Origin: an uncultured Acidimicrobiales bacterium
GTDB taxonomy: Bacteria; Actinomycetota; Acidimicrobiia; Acidimicrobiales; UBA10347
DNA: 64,000 bases
NCBI GenBank assembly: GCA_943788915.1
Contig: CALSSD010000008.1
Span: 248,001-312,000, forward strand
Direction of reading: 5' to 3'
Below the pieces are notes generated by a model. That model searched no databases. It was not told the DNA's origin and saw only the letters and a list, made by a program, of their open reading frames with translations. The translations under genes were made by a program, and so were the position numbers. Of this stretch, positions 61,277-64,000 are shown piece by piece. Each line of letters begins with the position of its first letter. Position 1 is the stretch's first letter.

Positions 61277-62764
61277 CTACCCGAAGACTTCGGGCCGAAG
61301 GGTTGGGAAGAGGACAACGTCGCGGATGTTGGTTTGGTTGGTCAGCAACATGACCAGCCGGTCCATGCCAATGCCCAGGCCGCCGGTTGGGGGCAGGCCG
61401 TATTCGAGCGCACGTATGTAGTCGCGGTCGACGGACATGGCTTCTTCGTCTCCGGCCTCGCCATCGGCCTCTTGGGCCTCGAAGCGCAACTTCTGTTCGA
61501 CAGGATCCAACAACTCGCTGAACGCGTTACACAATTCGCGCCCGGCCACGATGCCCTCGAAACGCTCGACGAAACCGTCGAGGTCACGATGGTCTCGAGA
61601 CAGTGGTGAGACTTCCTTGGGATAGTCGGTGACGAACACCGGATCCCACAGCTTTGACTCACACGTCTCTTCATAGATCTCGAGTAGCAGCTTGCCCGGG
61701 CCCCAATACGACTTGACGTCGACGCCGAAGCCAGTGGCAGCGGCGCGCAGTTCTTCAATGGGCTGTTCCAGGCTGAATGCTTGGCCGGTGTGTTCTTCGA
61801 TCAGCTCAAGCATGCTGGCTCGGCGCCATGGAGCGGCCAGATTCAGCGGCTTGCCGTCCCACTCAAGATCAGTAGTGCCGTGGAGTTCGAGTGCCAAGTG
61901 CTCGACCAGCTGTTCGACGAGCTCCATGATGTCGCCATAATCGGCATAGGCCTGATAGAGCTCGAGCATGGAGAACTCGGGGTTGTGGCGAGTCGAGATG
62001 CCCTCGTTGCGGAACACGCGGGCGATCTCAAAGACTCGTTCGAAGCCGCCGACGGTCAGTCGCTTGAGGTACAGCTCAGGAGCGATCCGCAAGTACAGCT
62101 CGGTGTCGAGTGCGTTGTGGTGTGTGGTGAACGGACGGGCCGCAGCACCACCTGGAATGGGATGAAAGACCGGCGTTTCGACTTCCATGTAGTCGCGATC
62201 TTCGAGCCAACGCCGAGTCAGCGACATGATCTTGGAGCGAGCCTTGAAGGTGGCCCGGGCTTCCTCGGTCACCCACAGGTCGACGTAGCGCTGGCGGTAA
62301 CGCAGGTCGGGGTCGCTGATGCCATGCCACTTGTCCGGAAACTGGCGTTTGGTTTCCGCCAGCACCTGCCAACTGTCGACGGTGATCGAAAGTTCACCAC
62401 GGCGGGTCTTCATGACCTGACCGGTCACGCCGATCCAGTCACCCAGGCTCAAGCTGGTGAACGCGTCGAAGTCAGGAGTCTGATTCGAACGCGCAAACAG
62501 CTGCATACGACCGGTGGAATCGGCGAGCACCCCGAAGGCCAGCTTGCCTTGTTCGCGGCGCAACATGAGCCGGCCAGCGATGGACACGATGGTGCCGGTT
62601 TCGGTGCCGTCTTCGATCTCGCCGAACTGGTCGATAATCGACTGGTTCGACGTATCACGCTCGAAGCGGTACGGGATGATGTGTGCAGTGGGCGTTACAG
62701 AAGCCACAGCGGCATCTGTTTCGTTTTCACTGTTGTTGGAGTCAGAGCTTGAAGTGTCAGTCAT
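61277..62764 (-). CDS. lysS: Lysine--tRNA ligase (class II)
   Basis: OB fold, RYRQRYVDL, GGAAARPF.TH, FRNEG...HNPEF and GLPPTGGLGIG.DR motifs. Confidence 0.98.
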   Translation of the reverse strand: MTDTSSSDSNNSENETDAAVASVTPTAHIIPYRFERDTSNQSIIDQFGEIEDGTETGTIVSIAGRLMLRREQGKLAFGVLADSTGRMQLFARSNQTPDFDAFTSLSLGDWIGVTGQVMKTRRGELSITVDSWQVLAETKRQFPDKWHGISDPDLRYRQRYVDLWVTEEARATFKARSKIMSLTRRWLEDRDYMEVETPVFHPIPGGAAARPFTTHHNALDTELYLRIAPELYLKRLTVGGFERVFEIARVFRNEGISTRHNPEFSMLELYQAYADYGDIMELVEQLVEHLALELHGTTDLEWDGKPLNLAAPWRRASMLELIEEHTGQAFSLEQPIEELRAAATGFGVDVKSYWGPGKLLLEIYEETCESKLWDPVFVTDYPKEVSPLSRDHRDLDGFVERFEGIVAGRELCNAFSELLDPVEQKLRFEAQEADGEAGDEEAMSVDRDYIRALEYGLPPTGGLGIGMDRLVMLLTNQTNIRDVVLFPTLRPEVFG

Positions 62765-62891
62765 TGGTTCTTTTGCCAGATCAGTCGCAGCCCGTGAAGG
62801 GTAAGCCACGGTTCGACGTGGTCCACGACCTTTGTGTATGGGGCGATCTTTCCCGCCAGTGGGTGTTGCCAACATCGATGGCCAACAGCAC
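62761..62891 (-). pseudogene. coaX: Type III pantothenate kinase remnant (first 11 plus last 32 codons)
   Basis: GTG-LLAIDVGNTH is joined out of frame to LAGKIAPYTKVVDHVEPWLTLHGLRLIWQKNQ*. The stop overlaps the lysS ATG (ATGA), at the usual nadC-coaX-lysS position. Confidence 0.9.
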
Positions 62892-62900
62892 GAGTTAGAG

Positions 62901-63773
62901 CTATCGCTCGACTGCGTTGAGCTCGATGTCAAGGCCGATGTCAAGCACCGGCGCCGAATTGGTCAGCGAGCCCGACGACACGAAATCGACGCCGGTGTCG
63001 GCATAACTGTCGATGGTCTCGATGGTGATGCCGCCCGATGCCTCGACGATTGGACGACCATCGGGTCGTTTGGGCCCGATCAGTGTCATGGCTTCGCGCA
63101 CGGTGTCTGGCGACATGTTGTCGAGCAGGATCAGATCGGCGTGAGCGGCAACGGCTTGTTCGACCTGGTCGAGCCGATCACATTCAACATGGAGTGGTCG
63201 GCCAGGCCACCGGTCACGAGCTTGTTCGATCGCTTCAGCAATGGACATACCAACCAGGTGATTGTCCTTAAACATCAGCCAGCCGCTGAGGTTTCCCCGG
63301 TGGTTACGTCCGCCGCCAGCTCGGGTCGCGGCCTTCTCGAGGCTGCGGAGACCAGGGGTGGTCTTGCGGGTATCCCACACACCAATCCGGCCATCGACGA
63401 TCTGCACGAACTCGTTTACTCGGGTGGCAATACCAGACAGGTGGCCCATGAAATTGAGCGCCGTGCGCTCGGCAGTCAAAATCGAGGCAAGCGATCCGCG
63501 CACATCGGCGATAACCGAACCGGCTTCGAGTACGTCGCCATCGTCGAAATGCCAGGTGAGGTGGATGGATTCGTCGACCTGACGGAACGCCTCGGCGGCA
63601 GGCCCGCAGCCAGCAAGCCGGCCGGGTTTACGAGCGTTGATTTGGGCAGTCGCGGTGATCGCCGGGTCGAGCATGCCCGACGTCATGTCACCGAGCGGTG
63701 ACAAATCTTCGGCGAGAGCGCGGGCCACGACATCGACAACGTCACCGTGGGGTGGATGGAAATAACCCGGCAT
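62901..63773 (-). CDS. nadC: Nicotinate-nucleotide diphosphorylase (carboxylating)
   Basis: ERTALN, DTRKTTPGLR..EK, NHR, KDNH, LLDNM and EASGG motifs. Confidence 0.97.
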   Translation of the reverse strand: MPGYFHPPHGDVVDVVARALAEDLSPLGDMTSGMLDPAITATAQINARKPGRLAGCGPAAEAFRQVDESIHLTWHFDDGDVLEAGSVIADVRGSLASILTAERTALNFMGHLSGIATRVNEFVQIVDGRIGVWDTRKTTPGLRSLEKAATRAGGGRNHRGNLSGWLMFKDNHLVGMSIAEAIEQARDRWPGRPLHVECDRLDQVEQAVAAHADLILLDNMSPDTVREAMTLIGPKRPDGRPIVEASGGITIETIDSYADTGVDFVSSGSLTNSAPVLDIGLDIELNAVER

Positions 63774-64000
63774 TAGCCGAAGCCTCGCGAGTCCTGTTTG
63801 AGCGCGGTGTCAACCGACAGCGCTGCGGCCACCACCATCTGACGAAGAGGGTCAGGTAGCGGATGATGAACCGACACCACATAGTTGTCGGCAGTGGTGA
63901 ACGCGGTCTTCAGTACGCCCTCGAATGTTTTGGTGATGCGGGCGATCTCGGTGCCGTTCGCGTCCTGCATGTTGAAGTTCCAGGCTCGCCAATTCTCGGC
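63773..64000 (-). CDS. Scramblase/LURP-one-like protein (5' part outside window)
   Basis: ENWRAWNF..QD..G.EIARITK.FEG.....FTTADNY pattern. Confidence 0.75.
   Translation of the reverse strand, partial: AENWRAWNFNMQDANGTEIARITKTFEGVLKTAFTTADNYVVSVHHPLPDPLRQMVVAAALSVDTALKQDSRGFG

Overview
A high-GC (about 60%) chromosomal segment of an actinobacterium, most consistent with Acidimicrobiia/Acidimicrobiales. Supporting markers are PAC2, a TIGR03084-type protein, a DUF3263-LytR_C pair, F420-type LLM/PPOX enzymes, groEL with a CIRCE element, clpC1 and an LAXTG sortase signal. One 100-N scaffold gap lies at 46488-46587. The content is mostly housekeeping and catabolic: a multicopper oxidase and cytochrome c, aromatic and lipid catabolic enzymes, gmd, modABC, glnD and amtB, metal-handling genes (VIT1, arsR/arsI, chdC, fdhD), groEL, tRNA-Thr(TGT), rlmB-ispF-ispD, crp, radA, clpC, lysS and nadC. 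I found no integrase, transposase, phage or CRISPR array. The most notable signals are not in the supplied ORF track. (1) Several deletion scars and pseudogenes: coaX reduced to its first 11 and last 32 codons; a CDF/czcD transporter reduced to its two ends; a head-to-head junction of an LAXTG surface-protein tail with a nucleotidyltransferase tail that is still coupled to an intact PqqD/RRE gene; a frameshifted crp; and stop codons inside two signal peptides. (2) Several families of dispersed 35-37 bp intergenic palindromes, two of them multi-copy with compensatory base changes. (3) A hidden 57-aa Cys-rich protein coupled to an RNA 2',3'-cyclic phosphodiesterase. (4) A (GGGTTAC)6 G-quadruplex-type repeat. 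(5) Pervasive leaderless-promoter architecture. All functional calls come from manual motif recognition; no database searches were run.
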